Virus record (IMG/VR): IMGVR_UViG_3300032218_002092
Span: 1 to 46,451 of that record
From: a virus
Lineage: Duplodnaviria > Caudoviricetes
Length of the DNA stretch: 46,451 nucleotides
Strand: one strand, 5' to 3'
A program made the translations under genes and the position numbers. The notes beneath the pieces are model-generated. The model was not told the origin of the DNA, searched no databases, and saw nothing but the letters and a program-made list of their open reading frames with translations. Below are positions 1 through 10,262 of the stretch, one piece after another; positions within the stretch are counted from its first letter, which is position 1; every line of letters begins with the position of its first letter.

Positions 1-490
1 AAAAATCACTGCGAATTTTTACAAATTTATCGGGATATTCAGCGGTAAAAATAGATTCAATTTCACAAGTATTATCTTCTTCTACCGATCCGCCGCCGTC
101 TGCAACTATAACAACGGCACTATCAAATCCAGAATTGTAAAAAGCGTGAGCGGCATGAGTTTCATGGTGATTATGTGTCCATTCATGCCAATGATATACC
201 TTTGGTGCTGATTTAGATTTACTCCAACGCAACTTATCATAATAAGAAACATATACGTTGGGGTAATAAGCTTCAGAATGGCGATGTATTGGTGTAATAC
301 CAGAAATAACCATATCATCAATTTCTTTATCTTTTCCAAGATAATCAGAAATTAAATTTAAAGTCAATAGTGGTTGATTATCATATTTTTTTCGAGTAAG
401 TCTATCTTCTTCTAAAGAAAAAACTATTTCTCCATCTTTCAATAAACAAACACCAGCATTATGATGCCGATAAATTCCTGCAATATACAT
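1..490 (-). CDS. Carbamoyltransferase (NodU/CmcH family) N-terminal part, truncated at window edge
   Basis: Not in ORF track. Manual translation from ATG at 490: MYIAGIYRHHNAGVCLLKDGEIVFSLEEDRLTRKKYD...HHETHAAHAFYNSGFDSAVVIVADGGG; EEDR-x-TR-K, HH-x-x-H-A and DG-x-G motifs typical of the family. Confidence 0.88.
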   Translation of the reverse strand, partial: MYIAGIYRHHNAGVCLLKDGEIVFSLEEDRLTRKKYDNQPLLTLNLISDYLGKDKEIDDMVISGITPIHRHSEAYYPNVYVSYYDKLRWSKSKSAPKVYHWHEWTHNHHETHAAHAFYNSGFDSAVVIVADGGGSVEEDNTCEIESIFTAEYPDKFVKIRSDF

Positions 491-492
491 TT

Positions 493-1050
493 TTACCAAG
501 CCCAAGAAACGAATGAATATCTTACACCAGAAGTGACCGGTTTAACTGAATGTGGGTATAAAAAATTTGAAGGAAATATGATTATATCTCCTTTTCTCAA
601 ATTAATTTTTTCATCTTCAAACATTAAAAAATCTCCGCCTCCATAATCGTCATTTAAAAGTCCCAATGCGCTCATGACAGGAACTCCTTTTTGGTGACCA
701 TCAAATAGTGTATGTATATGGTCACAATGTATTCTCATATGTGTATTTGGATCGTATCTATTAAAACGAATAAGACTATGTGCCTGCCAACCATAATACC
801 ATCTCATATCAAGGTCATTTAAATAAGTTTTAAAACAATTCCATGTTTTATTCATCAACTCTGCTGTGGTAGAAATTGTATCGTGACTAATAGATAAATC
901 ATCTTCGTATGTAATATTCACATCATCAAGAGGATTATGATATGTATGTTTTTCCCAACAAGAAGAATGTAACTCTAAAGTTGTTTTGTCACACAGTTCC
1001 GTATCAATTACATTATAAATTTTTATATAATCTTTTAAATCAGTTTTCAT
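493..1050 (-). CDS. 2OG-Fe(II) oxygenase (prolyl-4-hydroxylase-like)
   Basis: HCD...LNDDYGGG...FPSNFLYPHSV...RYS motifs. Confidence 0.9.
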   Translation of the reverse strand: MKTDLKDYIKIYNVIDTELCDKTTLELHSSCWEKHTYHNPLDDVNITYEDDLSISHDTISTTAELMNKTWNCFKTYLNDLDMRWYYGWQAHSLIRFNRYDPNTHMRIHCDHIHTLFDGHQKGVPVMSALGLLNDDYGGGDFLMFEDEKINLRKGDIIIFPSNFLYPHSVKPVTSGVRYSFVSWAW

Positions 1051-1712
1051 TTTTGACTTTTGTAGAAGTTAATTGCTTTTACCAAACCTTCAATGTGGTC
1101 TTCCGTTTTCTGAATAAAGACTAAAGGATTATTATCTTCTACTGCCATAATAATAACTAATTGATTAATTGGTTCGCCAATCAATTCTTCATACATCAAA
1201 GCATATGCTGTTGTTTGCCAAAAATAATCTTGAATATCTTCGTGTGATTTGACTTTTTTAGATGTTTTAAAATCAATAGAAGATAATACACCATCATATT
1301 CACCAATACAGTCTACTCGACCTGCCATGCCTAATTGTTTAGACCATAGTGCCTGTTCTTGATAGTGAATATTGTTTATTTTATTCAGATATGGTTTTAA
1401 AGATACAAACATTTCAAAAGCATCAGGACGAATACCTTCCATCAAACTCAATTTAGATTCATTATTTAAATATTTTTCACATAATGTATGAACATTAGTA
1501 CCACGACTTGTGGCCTTCTTTGATACGGCATTAGCAACATCTTCACCTACTCTTTTACGCCATGCCATAATAGCATCTTTCTTTTGGGCGCCAAGAACGG
1601 TGGTTACGGATGGTAAACGAGTTCCATCTGGCAGAGTATAATATCTCTTGCCATCAGGAAAAGTTTCAGATTGTAAATCTTGGAGATTTTTTGGGGGACA
1701 ATAATTGAACAT
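1047..1712 (-). CDS. PD-(D/E)XK exonuclease, T4-like phage type
   Basis: PSVTTVL, RGTNVH, AGRVDC, IDFKTS, Q-x-x-x-Y motifs. Confidence 0.88.
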   Translation of the reverse strand: MFNYCPPKNLQDLQSETFPDGKRYYTLPDGTRLPSVTTVLGAQKKDAIMAWRKRVGEDVANAVSKKATSRGTNVHTLCEKYLNNESKLSLMEGIRPDAFEMFVSLKPYLNKINNIHYQEQALWSKQLGMAGRVDCIGEYDGVLSSIDFKTSKKVKSHEDIQDYFWQTTAYALMYEELIGEPINQLVIIMAVEDNNPLVFIQKTEDHIEGLVKAINFYKSQK

Positions 1713-1722
1713 AATAAAGTAG

Positions 1723-1751
1723 ATTATACACTACTAATCTTTGACTGTCAA
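1723..1751 (-). promoter_or_regulatory. Consensus sigma70 promoter TTGACA-N17-TATAAT
   Basis: tgtcaa 1746-1751 and attata 1723-1728 on + strand, just upstream of the exonuclease start. Confidence 0.8.
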
Positions 1752-2105
1752 GCGTTTCAAATATATTTCTACATCTTCATTGAGTGGAACATCATCAGGC
1801 ATGGCATATGTGCCATCTTCTTCACGCAAAATATGGATGGCAAAAATTAAAGTATTATCTTCTAATGCTTCAATCTCATCAAAAACTCCGGCATAAACAT
1901 ATGTTAGTTCTGGTGCTGTAACTGTTCCGGATTCTTGATTTTTTGTGATTTTAATTTTACCTCTTGCGGTAATAATATTAAAATCGTAAGCATAGTTGTG
2001 TCTAGGTTCTTTGTCACCAGCTTTTTGAAAAAGAATTTCACGAACTAAAACATTCTTAGTTAAACCAATTTTTACTACTGGAATATTTTCAATCTCTTGC
2101 GTCAT
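1734..2105 (-). CDS. Cupin-like hypothetical protein
   Basis: Beta-rich; 'EIEALEDNTLIFAIH' cupin-like motif; metal His residues partly replaced. Confidence 0.55.
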   Translation of the reverse strand: MTQEIENIPVVKIGLTKNVLVREILFQKAGDKEPRHNYAYDFNIITARGKIKITKNQESGTVTAPELTYVYAGVFDEIEALEDNTLIFAIHILREEDGTYAMPDDVPLNEDVEIYLKRLTVKD

Positions 2106-2120
2106 AATAATCCTAATAAA

Positions 2121-2636
2121 TTAAACAACACTAATATGCATCGAACCTGTTGGCCAAACTGGACCAGCTGAACCACCAATTAGATTAGTAAAGGCTGTAT
2201 TGCCTAATGCCAATTTTACCCATGTTTGTTGTTCTTCATTCCATCCATAACAAAGAACTGCACCATCATCTTCTTCACAAGGAGGTTGTTCAACAGGAGG
2301 TTCCCATGTATAAGTCGTTTCACTAAAAGTCCATGAAGGAAAAGGCTGTTTTTCAACAAAAGCATCTCTACTTTCATCATATAATCCACCAATTTTAGCT
2401 ATATTTTTTCTAAATGCTGGTTTTCCATCTGGCTGACCATCGTCTCCATAATGAACATTTTTTCTAGTATTGTATGAATATTGTTTAAAAATTTTATCTT
2501 CACCAAAAATTCTTTGTAAAAATTCAATGCCTGCTTCTTCACTATCGGGAAATTCAGAATTTCCAATGGCATTATTGTTTACAACATGAAGATTTAATAC
2601 AATATTGTTTTCGTCCAACTCGGCAAAATGTGCCAT
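2121..2636 (-). CDS. Conserved phage protein (MAHFAEL.. family), commonly next to Gly-rich tail proteins
   Basis: MAHFAELDENNIV...SYN...FRKN-x-A-x-IG...YD...DAF...QPFPSW...W-x-P-P motifs. Confidence 0.7.
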   Translation of the reverse strand: MAHFAELDENNIVLNLHVVNNNAIGNSEFPDSEEAGIEFLQRIFGEDKIFKQYSYNTRKNVHYGDDGQPDGKPAFRKNIAKIGGLYDESRDAFVEKQPFPSWTFSETTYTWEPPVEQPPCEEDDGAVLCYGWNEEQQTWVKLALGNTAFTNLIGGSAGPVWPTGSMHISVV

Positions 2637-2646
2637 TTACTATCTC

Positions 2647-3255
2647 CTAGGATAAATGTAATCCGGTCATTGTATCATCTGTTCCAAACATACCACGAGC
2701 AAATGTATTAAATGCCAAACTGATTCTTGTTTCTGTATTATTTATTGTTTTTTCCACATGATGTTGAAGTGATGAGGGAAACAATACCAACATATTACTT
2801 TCAATTGGATAAAAATATTCTTCACAATTAAATTCGTTATATTCTTTTCTTGGACCAAAATCCAGTTGTTTCATTGCCATCTTAAAAAAATGTATTTTGT
2901 CGGTTTTTGAACTGACATCAACATAAAAAACACCAGAAATTAATGAATTTAAATGCGAGTGTTTATGGTGAAATTGACCTGGTTGTGTCCAATTTAACCA
3001 TGATTGTGTAATATACACATCAACATCATTTTTTGGTTTTTCAATTCTTTCAACATATTCATTAACCTGTGATTGCAACCAATCTCTAAGATTTGACAAG
3101 ATATCATGTCTTAATATGTAAGTATCTTCACTAGATGTGTTGCCTGTGTTCTCACACGCCTTTTGGTTTAAAAGAAAATCTTTTTGTTCTTCTGTTAAAC
3201 CTATTTCAAACTTACTAACAGCCAAAGGTGTTGGAAAAATTCCTTCAATAATCAT
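2647..3255 (-). CDS. TIGR02466-type putative 2OG-Fe(II) oxygenase
   Basis: SWLN...HHKHSHLNSLISGVFY...FPSSLQH-x-V...RISLAFN. Confidence 0.88.
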   Translation of the reverse strand: MIIEGIFPTPLAVSKFEIGLTEEQKDFLLNQKACENTGNTSSEDTYILRHDILSNLRDWLQSQVNEYVERIEKPKNDVDVYITQSWLNWTQPGQFHHKHSHLNSLISGVFYVDVSSKTDKIHFFKMAMKQLDFGPRKEYNEFNCEEYFYPIESNMLVLFPSSLQHHVEKTINNTETRISLAFNTFARGMFGTDDTMTGLHLS

Positions 3256-3279
3256 AATATAAAATTTTTCAAAATAAAA

Positions 3280-4149
3280 TTAAACTGTAAATGAACCAGC
3301 ACCATACCAATAGTAATAACGATAACCACCAGAGTTTGGATTATATGTTGGAGATCCTGTTGTGGAACTAAATGCACCTTTAGTTGCAGGAAAACGAACA
3401 GCAACAACTCCTCCGTTACCGCTACCGTTAATCAAACCATCACCACCTAATCCATAAGTTCCAGCACCTGGTGATCCTCTGTTTGTGCTGTTATTTCCTC
3501 CAGCACCACCGCCTGAATATGCAATGCCGTCTACCCAAGTTGAAGCTGATCCACCTGGTCTTGGAGGATTTGGAAAGTAATTAGCGCCTCCGCCACCACC
3601 ACCTGCGCCACCACCACCTCCACCATAACAACCTTGTCCGGGGAAACAAGTACCTACTCCGCCGGAGTTTCCTTGACCTGGAATTCCTCCGCCTGCAGCA
3701 CGACTACCGTTTCCGTATCCACCGCCACCACCTGAACCACCAGCTTGACCGCCTTCTTGTCCTCTTCCACCGTAACCGCCACCTGTTACGCTGGATCCAC
3801 TACTTAATGAACTACCGCCACCTTGACTACCTTGACCAGAACCTCCGCCAACACCAATGTTGTATGTTGTTCCACCAGAAACAGACATAGACCCACTAAT
3901 ATATCCACCGGCACCACCGCCGCCTGATTCTCCTCCGCCACCACCACCAACAACTAGATAATCAACTGCTGTTGGTCCGTAAGATGCACCATAGAAATTT
4001 GTAGGCAATGTAATCGCTGCGCCACTTGATGTTCCTGTAATTTGACGAACAAGAGAATTATTAAAGTCAATTTGAGTTGTCGAAGTTGCCGCCTGAATTT
4101 CTGTATTCACTTGGCTCATCGAAATTGAACCGGATGCTGGGAGTACCAT
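3280..4149 (-). CDS. Glycine-rich virion/adhesin-like protein
   Basis: LPASGSIS...FYG N-terminal module, VDYLVVGGGGGG and many GG-x-GGG repeats; late-promoter-like motif upstream. Confidence 0.7.
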   Translation of the reverse strand: MVLPASGSISMSQVNTEIQAATSTTQIDFNNSLVRQITGTSSGAAITLPTNFYGASYGPTAVDYLVVGGGGGGESGGGGAGGYISGSMSVSGGTTYNIGVGGGSGQGSQGGGSSLSSGSSVTGGGYGGRGQEGGQAGGSGGGGGYGNGSRAAGGGIPGQGNSGGVGTCFPGQGCYGGGGGGAGGGGGGANYFPNPPRPGGSASTWVDGIAYSGGGAGGNNSTNRGSPGAGTYGLGGDGLINGSGNGGVVAVRFPATKGAFSSTTGSPTYNPNSGGYRYYYWYGAGSFTV

Positions 4150-4183
4150 TTTTTTACCTCTTAAAATTGTTGGTTTTACTTAC

Positions 4184-4199
4184 TATTTATGTATTTAGT
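4184..4199 (-). promoter_or_regulatory. T4 late-promoter-like motifs (CATAAATA and ACTAAATA in tandem)
   Basis: tatttatg 4184-4191 and tatttagt 4192-4199; near matches to T4 late consensus TATAAATA, 35 bp upstream of the Gly-rich gene. Confidence 0.55.
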
Positions 4200-4366
4200 T
4201 ACTGATAATAAGACCCTGGTTCAGGACCTGTTTGGTATAATATTCTTGTTTTGTTAAAATCATTTAGTTGTTTAACATATTCTTGTAGTTCTTGTCTAAC
4301 TCTTTCCTTGTTTTGATATTCGTAATATAACCGCTGTTGTTTCGACATTCCTCTTTTTTGGCTCAT
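4199..4366 (-). CDS. Small hypothetical protein (55 aa)
   Basis: Manual: AGGAG RBS then MSQKRGMSKQQRLYYEYQNKERVRQELQEY...GSYYQ*. Confidence 0.55.
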   Translation of the reverse strand: MSQKRGMSKQQRLYYEYQNKERVRQELQEYVKQLNDFNKTRILYQTGPEPGSYYQ

Positions 4367-4495
4367 TCAATCTCCTAGGTTCGTTACTTTCATATTTTGA
4401 AATTTTTTGAACAGGAGTTATTGGTTGGACTTTACCATCGGTACCTTTCTTGATAAGTAAATATGGAATTTGACTATACTGGTTATTAATGTTCA

Positions 4496-5077
4496 TTAAA
4501 ATTCTAACCAACCAGTTATAATATATTTATCATTTGAAAGTGGTGGATTACCACGATGAGGATGTGTGAAACCGGCTGGCCATAAAACTAAGGTGCCTTG
4601 TTTCGCTTTAACTCTTTTGTGTTGGTATAAAAACTCGGTTTCACCACCTTCTTCTACATCATTAAGATAAAGCATCCACGCACAAAGTCTGTTACATACA
4701 GTTTTTTCTGGAGATTCATAGTGCCATATATGATAACCCCCACCAACTTTTGTTTTTTGAATTCGGGGTCCATATGAATCATGTTTACCACTTTGTTTCA
4801 ATACTGAATATTTACTCGCATATTCTTCATAATATTCTGTCCAAAATGGAGCATAAAACTCTCTCATAAGAGTTCTTGTATGAGTTAAGGGAATATTAAA
4901 TTCATCAACAAATACAGTTGAATCATCTTTAACAAATGATTCAGCATTTTCATTTTGTTTTCTGGTTACAGTACCACCAAGTTGTTCGGTGTTATTATAA
5001 AAATCTATTACACGATTACAATAGTCTGCTGAGTATGCGTTTTCCCATACACCAATAAAATCCTCAATCATTACCAC
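4496..5077 (-). CDS. 2OG-Fe(II) oxygenase (phage P4H-like)
   Basis: GGGYHIWHYE...YLNDVEEGGETEF...WPAGFTHPHRGNPP...KYIITGW. Confidence 0.9.
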   Translation of the reverse strand: MVMIEDFIGVWENAYSADYCNRVIDFYNNTEQLGGTVTRKQNENAESFVKDDSTVFVDEFNIPLTHTRTLMREFYAPFWTEYYEEYASKYSVLKQSGKHDSYGPRIQKTKVGGGYHIWHYESPEKTVCNRLCAWMLYLNDVEEGGETEFLYQHKRVKAKQGTLVLWPAGFTHPHRGNPPLSNDKYIITGWLEF

Positions 5078-5349
5078 TCCCTAGGTTTCTTTGTTTTGTG
5101 TCCTGACATTGTATTACCGGGAATGGTTTCTTTCATTCGTTGAATTACACCGGTTTCAAAAGCGGCATGAGGTTGTGCTAAACCGGGAACCGACATACGA
5201 GAACCATCACCAAAGATTGGCAAATCGGCCGCAGTAAAGTGTCGTTGTAAATGTGGATTATCAATCATGAATTGGTCCAATACTGTATATGACATACGGT
5301 ATTCTTCAACTTCATTTGTATTTTTGTTTAAAAAATCGTATGATGGCAT
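5071..5349 (-). CDS. FmdB-like small protein (no CxxC)
   Basis: MPSYDFLNKNTNEVEE...NPHL N-terminus resembles T4-like FmdB-related proteins. Confidence 0.5.
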   Translation of the reverse strand: MPSYDFLNKNTNEVEEYRMSYTVLDQFMIDNPHLQRHFTAADLPIFGDGSRMSVPGLAQPHAAFETGVIQRMKETIPGNTMSGHKTKKPREW

Positions 5350-5351
5350 AA

Positions 5352-5708
5352 TTATTCTGGCTTAGGATATTTTTGTTTAATAAAATCAATTTTAGAAATA
5401 TAAGAATCCATTTTTGAAGAATCTCCTTTTTTCTCCCAATAATAAGCATCAACAAAATCCAATACAGAAGGATATTCTGAATATCGTTTTCTTTGATATG
5501 CAGTTTCTTTTAAGAATAAAGCTTGTTTTTCAATTTCTTCATCTGTTGGTATAGAAAGACCATCAGGATCATAATATTGAGAAAATTTTCCGTTTGATAA
5601 ATTGAATAGTGCATTTGGTCGTAAACTTCTAATTGCGTCCACATATTCCCAACCTCCAATTTTCACCTTACTATCCTTAACAATTAATGGTTTTGAACCT
5701 TCAAGCAT
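5352..5708 (-). CDS. Hypothetical protein, tail-fibre-associated type
   Basis: AIRSLRPNA...YQRKR-x-x-EYP...IKQKYPKP motifs seen in small phage tail-associated proteins. Confidence 0.5.
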   Translation of the reverse strand: MLEGSKPLIVKDSKVKIGGWEYVDAIRSLRPNALFNLSNGKFSQYYDPDGLSIPTDEEIEKQALFLKETAYQRKRYSEYPSVLDFVDAYYWEKKGDSSKMDSYISKIDFIKQKYPKPE

Positions 5709-5722
5709 AACAATCTCCTAAT

Positions 5723-6331
5723 TTAAACAGTTTCTTTTATATATGTATTGAATGAAATGACAATTCTTTCGCCAGCTGGTTGTGGAACCACACCATGTAT
5801 AAAATTACTGCGGAATAAAAATAAATTATTTTCAATACATGGATAAGTTCTATATGTTTCTGTCATTTCATTTGGTTGACTTGGTGTATACATCATTGTA
5901 TAATCATCATAAAATCCTATTCTGGAACCTTCTGGTGATTTGACATAAAACACACCACTAATGACTGAATTTGGATGGTTATGTGGAAAAACAAAACCAT
6001 TCTCACCACTAATATTTGTCCACATATTTAAGAATCGAATGTTGTCAATCGCATATTGTTCAAAATTCATTCTTCTTAAAAAATCTTTAACATACATTAA
6101 AAGAATTGCACTAAATTCAGAAAGTTCTGGTTCATCACACAACCTGTCATTTGTTGGATGTGTTGATTGAACATTAAAATGTGGTGTAACAGGGGCTCCG
6201 TTTTTTTCTACCACATCTTTACAAAAACTTCCAATTTCATCCAAATATTCAGGCCTTAAAATATTATTGGCAGAATAAACTAATTTTGGAAACAAATAAT
6301 CTACTTGTGCATTATTTAAAAACATCTTCAC
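5723..6331 (-). CDS. TIGR02466-type putative 2OG-Fe(II) oxygenase
   Basis: MWTN...PHNHPNSVISGVFY...H-x-V...RIVISFN. Confidence 0.85.
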   Translation of the reverse strand: MKMFLNNAQVDYLFPKLVYSANNILRPEYLDEIGSFCKDVVEKNGAPVTPHFNVQSTHPTNDRLCDEPELSEFSAILLMYVKDFLRRMNFEQYAIDNIRFLNMWTNISGENGFVFPHNHPNSVISGVFYVKSPEGSRIGFYDDYTMMYTPSQPNEMTETYRTYPCIENNLFLFRSNFIHGVVPQPAGERIVISFNTYIKETV

Positions 6332-6860
6332 TCCAGTCTAATGCATTCCAGTTGGCAGCGATGATTGTTTTTCTTCTTGCTGATTGATTTGCAGAGGATC
6401 TGTGAAAAACGGATGAGGGGAAAGTAAGGATTTCTCCTTCTCGAGCTGATATTTTAAAGCTTGATTGTGGTGTTTTAAACTCCGTTCCTGAACTTCCTTC
6501 AGGTAGTTCGAGATAGTAAACACTAGAGAATAAACAACTAGGATGAATATGCCAATGATGATAGTCAAGATGTTCATATTGTTGATACCAAAAATTAGTT
6601 AAAATTTGTTTATACCACCAACCATAAGATTGTTTAATTTCTTCAAAATGATTAACAAATAAAGGATAAACAATATCCATATAATCTCTTTGAACTTCTG
6701 GTGGTAAGTTCCAATCGGTGTTGCTGATACTCGACACATTTTCGGAAAAAGGATTTTTACCCAACTTTTCAATATTGGATAAAATCAAAGGTTTTAATTC
6801 ATTGTGTTCTTTTACAGAAGTTTTATAAAAAAAACATTCCTGTGAAAATCTTTCAATCAT
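6312..6860 (-). CDS. Putative 2OG-Fe(II) oxygenase (HxH type)
   Basis: WYQQY...HHWHIH...SSVYYLELP...FPSSVFHRS...RKTII. Confidence 0.8.
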   Translation of the reverse strand: MIERFSQECFFYKTSVKEHNELKPLILSNIEKLGKNPFSENVSSISNTDWNLPPEVQRDYMDIVYPLFVNHFEEIKQSYGWWYKQILTNFWYQQYEHLDYHHWHIHPSCLFSSVYYLELPEGSSGTEFKTPQSSFKISAREGEILTFPSSVFHRSSANQSARRKTIIAANWNALDWSEDVFK

Positions 6861-7459
6861 GAATATCCATAAGAAAGTGATTCAAGAACTTTTTGTGTCC
6901 ATTCTTTAAACCAAAAAGGTGCTTCTCTCTTATTTATTTTGCCTTTCCAAGACCAAAGATGACTTTTGTTCATCATATAATAATTGCGATATGATTGCAA
7001 AGCATCGCCTTCGACCTTACATTCATCAGGCATGGCAGGTGTAGGACCTGTAAAGTTTTTTTGTCGTGGTATATTATTTGGTAATTTTGAAAACAATTCT
7101 TGTACCAGTCCGGATTGTTCACACTTGTGGACTTTACCATATCGATAGGTGTATTCTTTACAACAAGCCAATAATAGTTTACTTAGCCAAATATAGTTAG
7201 AATCAGATTGTCTACACCATACAGCAGAAGGATGATTAATATGGGTGGCAGAATACAATACCGAATCACGGTCATCTTTGAGAACATATAGCTTCCGTTT
7301 GCGACCAGACTGAGATACACCATCAGTAAGAACACCATCAAGAACACGGTGTGCGGTAGAAAGTAATTGAGCATATTCGAGTATCATTTTAACAACGTGT
7401 TTATCAACGTGCATTTCTGCACACTTCACAGGATCATTATCAAGGTAAAAAATATTCAT
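6857..7459 (-). CDS. Pyrimidine-dimer DNA glycosylase-like (DenV/Pyr_excise family) protein
   Basis: MNIFYLD...DKHVVKMILEYAQLLSTAH...THINHPSAVW...PAMPD...YRNYY. Confidence 0.75.
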   Translation of the reverse strand: MNIFYLDNDPVKCAEMHVDKHVVKMILEYAQLLSTAHRVLDGVLTDGVSQSGRKRKLYVLKDDRDSVLYSATHINHPSAVWCRQSDSNYIWLSKLLLACCKEYTYRYGKVHKCEQSGLVQELFSKLPNNIPRQKNFTGPTPAMPDECKVEGDALQSYRNYYMMNKSHLWSWKGKINKREAPFWFKEWTQKVLESLSYGYS

Positions 7460-7740
7460 AGCATTCTAATTAAGCCGATTGTATCAATCGTAGTAAGTAA
7501 AAGGTAATTAGCAACCATCCCAAAAGATTTGCGAGTAAAAGCAGCCCACAAATACATAGCACACCCACTAATCCAGATTGGATATAAGATGAGTAACGGT
7601 GGATTGGGCACCGTGAGAGCCATTGTAAGAGCACATCCAATACTAATTGCCCATGCCAATAACTCCACAACAAACCTGAGTTTATTTGATTTCCAATCAT
7701 CACCTATCCAATTAAATACATTATAAAATAAATCATTCAT
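7456..7740 (-). CDS. Small membrane protein (3 TM)
   Basis: Three hydrophobic segments. Confidence 0.65.
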   Translation of the reverse strand: MNDLFYNVFNWIGDDWKSNKLRFVVELLAWAISIGCALTMALTVPNPPLLILYPIWISGCAMYLWAAFTRKSFGMVANYLLLTTIDTIGLIRML

Positions 7741-9711
7741 TACAGTTTAGGAATATCTAATGATAAATCTTTTACTTTAGTTTTTGGAAATCGTTTAGCA
7801 ATATCATCAGCAGAAACAGTTTCTAAAACGAATTGTTTGAATACTGAATAATCATCAGAAACTTTTAATGCTACTGCACCACCAGTTCCATCAGGAATAA
7901 AAATTGCACAACCGCCAGCAGCTAAAGGAGCAATCTCTGATACGTGTTCTAAATTAATAATAACTTTACATTGTTTTTCCAACGAATTCACTTCAACAAA
8001 CATACTCATGCTTCTTCTCCTCTAGGTTCACGAACTTTTGCCAGTTTGGCAGCTTTAAATGCTAATTCTGATTGAATCATTAATGGTTTCCATAATGTTT
8101 TTTGTTCAACTGACATCATAGCTAACCTGCGTTTTGCAGACTTACTTAGTTTAAAATCTTTATTGGGTTTCATTTACCACCTTTATCACAGTCATTGACA
8201 CGAATTAAATAAACAACTTCATTTGAATATGGTCGAACAAAAAAACATTCACCTTTAGCCGACCAAACTAAATGGTGTTGTATACTACCTTCACTAACAT
8301 TGATTGCCGATGGTTTACGAACCACATCAACCAAATTAAAAATAGCAATACCACTAGAGAATAGTGCAGCCACAACAAAAACACTTAATGCGTTTTTACC
8401 AATCCAAAGATATAGTTTATTAAACATTCAAAACTCCATTATGATATAGAACATATAGTATAACACAAATAGCGGTAATAAGCAATAGAAAAATGGTAAA
8501 CTTTATTGATTGATTATGGAAATGTTCCACTTCCAATTCAAGCATATCTTTCTGTGCCTCTAACATATAATTGTCAGGATCATTCATTAATTCAATGGTT
8601 TTTTTAACACCAGTCAATGATTGTTTGGCTTGCCAAAGATAATAATATGGTATCATTTTAGTCCCAAAGGTTTTGATAATATCTACCAAATAATCTAAAA
8701 CCATTTGCCTTTCGTTTCTGGTGTGCCTCTAAACCTTCTTTATCTAATTTCAATTTACTTACATACTGACCATCTTCGTTCCATGGAAACTTTTCATCAC
8801 CACATTCTGAATGGTCAAAGAATTGTGATTCATCATCGTCTTTTAATTCTTGTTCAAATGACCAAATCATTTCATTGAGAATGTAATCCCATCGTTTAAA
8901 ATGATTTGAATCGGTGTCCCATTCATTTTCTTTTGGTTCTGCATTGGTTGATTTCAATTCATCAGGTACATCTTCATCATCTGTATGTGGGGCGCCATGT
9001 TTAGTTTCGTTTAATTGAACCAACATTGGATGAATAATATGAGCTAATGAATGATCCATTGACCAAGTATCCCATCGGTCAATCTTAACATACATTACTC
9101 TTGGATGAATAATATCTAAGAACTTTTGCCAAGCTTGGCAAATAGGTTCTAAAAAGTTAACCCATTTCTCATATGGATTATTGGGGTCATCATTTAGATT
9201 GTAAATACGATCCTCATCTTTTTCCCAAAAACAAATCGTTTTGAGAATAATATAAGGTGACAACCAATGATTACGATATTTGCTTAATATTACTTTCATT
9301 TTTTTCTTTCTATACCCAACGCATCATCAATTGCTTTCGTAAGTTCTGGTGATGCAGCAACACACGAACACCAACTATATTTACGATTGCATACATCACA
9401 ATAACCGGTGAGAATAGGTTTTTCACCAAAAATTGTATTCCACTTTTCTTTATATTCTTCTTTATCAATTAGAATTGGTCTTGGTGCATGACCTTTACCA
9501 CCATCACTCATTTTTTATTCCTCTCGGCGTGCCACTTACACAAGTCTTTGTAATACTTTAATTCTTTTTCGTAGTATTCTACTTGATTAGTTAAAGTGTC
9601 CACAACAGGAGGCTTTTGTTCTTTCTTTAAACAATAACCAAGTATTATACCAATAGCAAGAGCAAATATTAATTCAATCATAATTATACCCAAGAAGGTC
9701 CGATTGCCCAC
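7740..9711 (-). CDS. Run of hypothetical phage ORFs (7740-8009, 8006-8173, 8170-8427, 8420-8704, 8658-9299, 9296-9511, 9508-9711)
   Basis: Tightly packed overlapping minus-strand ORFs; 8006-8173 (MKPNKDFKLSKSAKRRLA..) found manually; 8658-9299 has the conserved phage motif DTWSMD-x-x-LA-x-II-x-P-x-L. Confidence 0.65.
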
Positions 9712-10262
9712 AACACTAATGTAATTCTTCTACCTGACATGATTTCTTTTGCTTTGTGTAATACATATGATGGCATTACAACAACATCACCTTGTTCTTT
9801 TAATAAACTTTCTTCTGATTCTAGAAAATCGGCATTTTTATAAAAAAGTCCGCCACCAGTAAATTCACTAGATTTATTTAATTGACACACGACAGATAAT
9901 TTTCTCATTATAGGAGAAACATTATATACTTCTTGGTCTGTGTGCCAATCATACAAACCATCCTTTTCATACATCGTATATTGCATCGCTTCGTTGCCTC
10001 GAATATCGTAATTCCATCCTGCAGCCACATTAGCATATCTTACATAATTGTATAATATACCTTCAAACCAATGATTAGCCGGCAAAAATGTAACTTTACT
10101 TTTCCTATGTTCAATATTTAAATCTGCATCATCTTCGGTAATGTGTGAAGCATCAGCAACTTTCGCATCACGAAAATTAAAATTTTTCATTTCAGAAAGC
10201 ATAGTTTCACATACCGATTCGGGTATAGATTGTTTCCATTGCCAATAAATGTTTGCCGTCAT
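9684..10262 (-). CDS. 2OG-Fe(II) oxygenase (PKHD-type)
   Basis: QYTMY...YDWHTD...RKLS...GG-x-L...PSYVLH...R-x-TLVLW-x-x-GP. Confidence 0.9.
   Translation of the reverse strand: MTANIYWQWKQSIPESVCETMLSEMKNFNFRDAKVADASHITEDDADLNIEHRKSKVTFLPANHWFEGILYNYVRYANVAAGWNYDIRGNEAMQYTMYEKDGLYDWHTDQEVYNVSPIMRKLSVVCQLNKSSEFTGGGLFYKNADFLESEESLLKEQGDVVVMPSYVLHKAKEIMSGRRITLVLWAIGPSWV

Noticed and set aside
1047-1712. Cas4 / CRISPR-associated nuclease
   Set aside because: No four-Cys Fe-S motif and no CRISPR context; ordinary phage PD-(D/E)XK exonuclease
3420-3960. CCACC/CCGCC nucleotide repeats as a repeat element or DGR
   Set aside because: Explained by glycine codons; no reverse transcriptase or template/variable repeat pair seen
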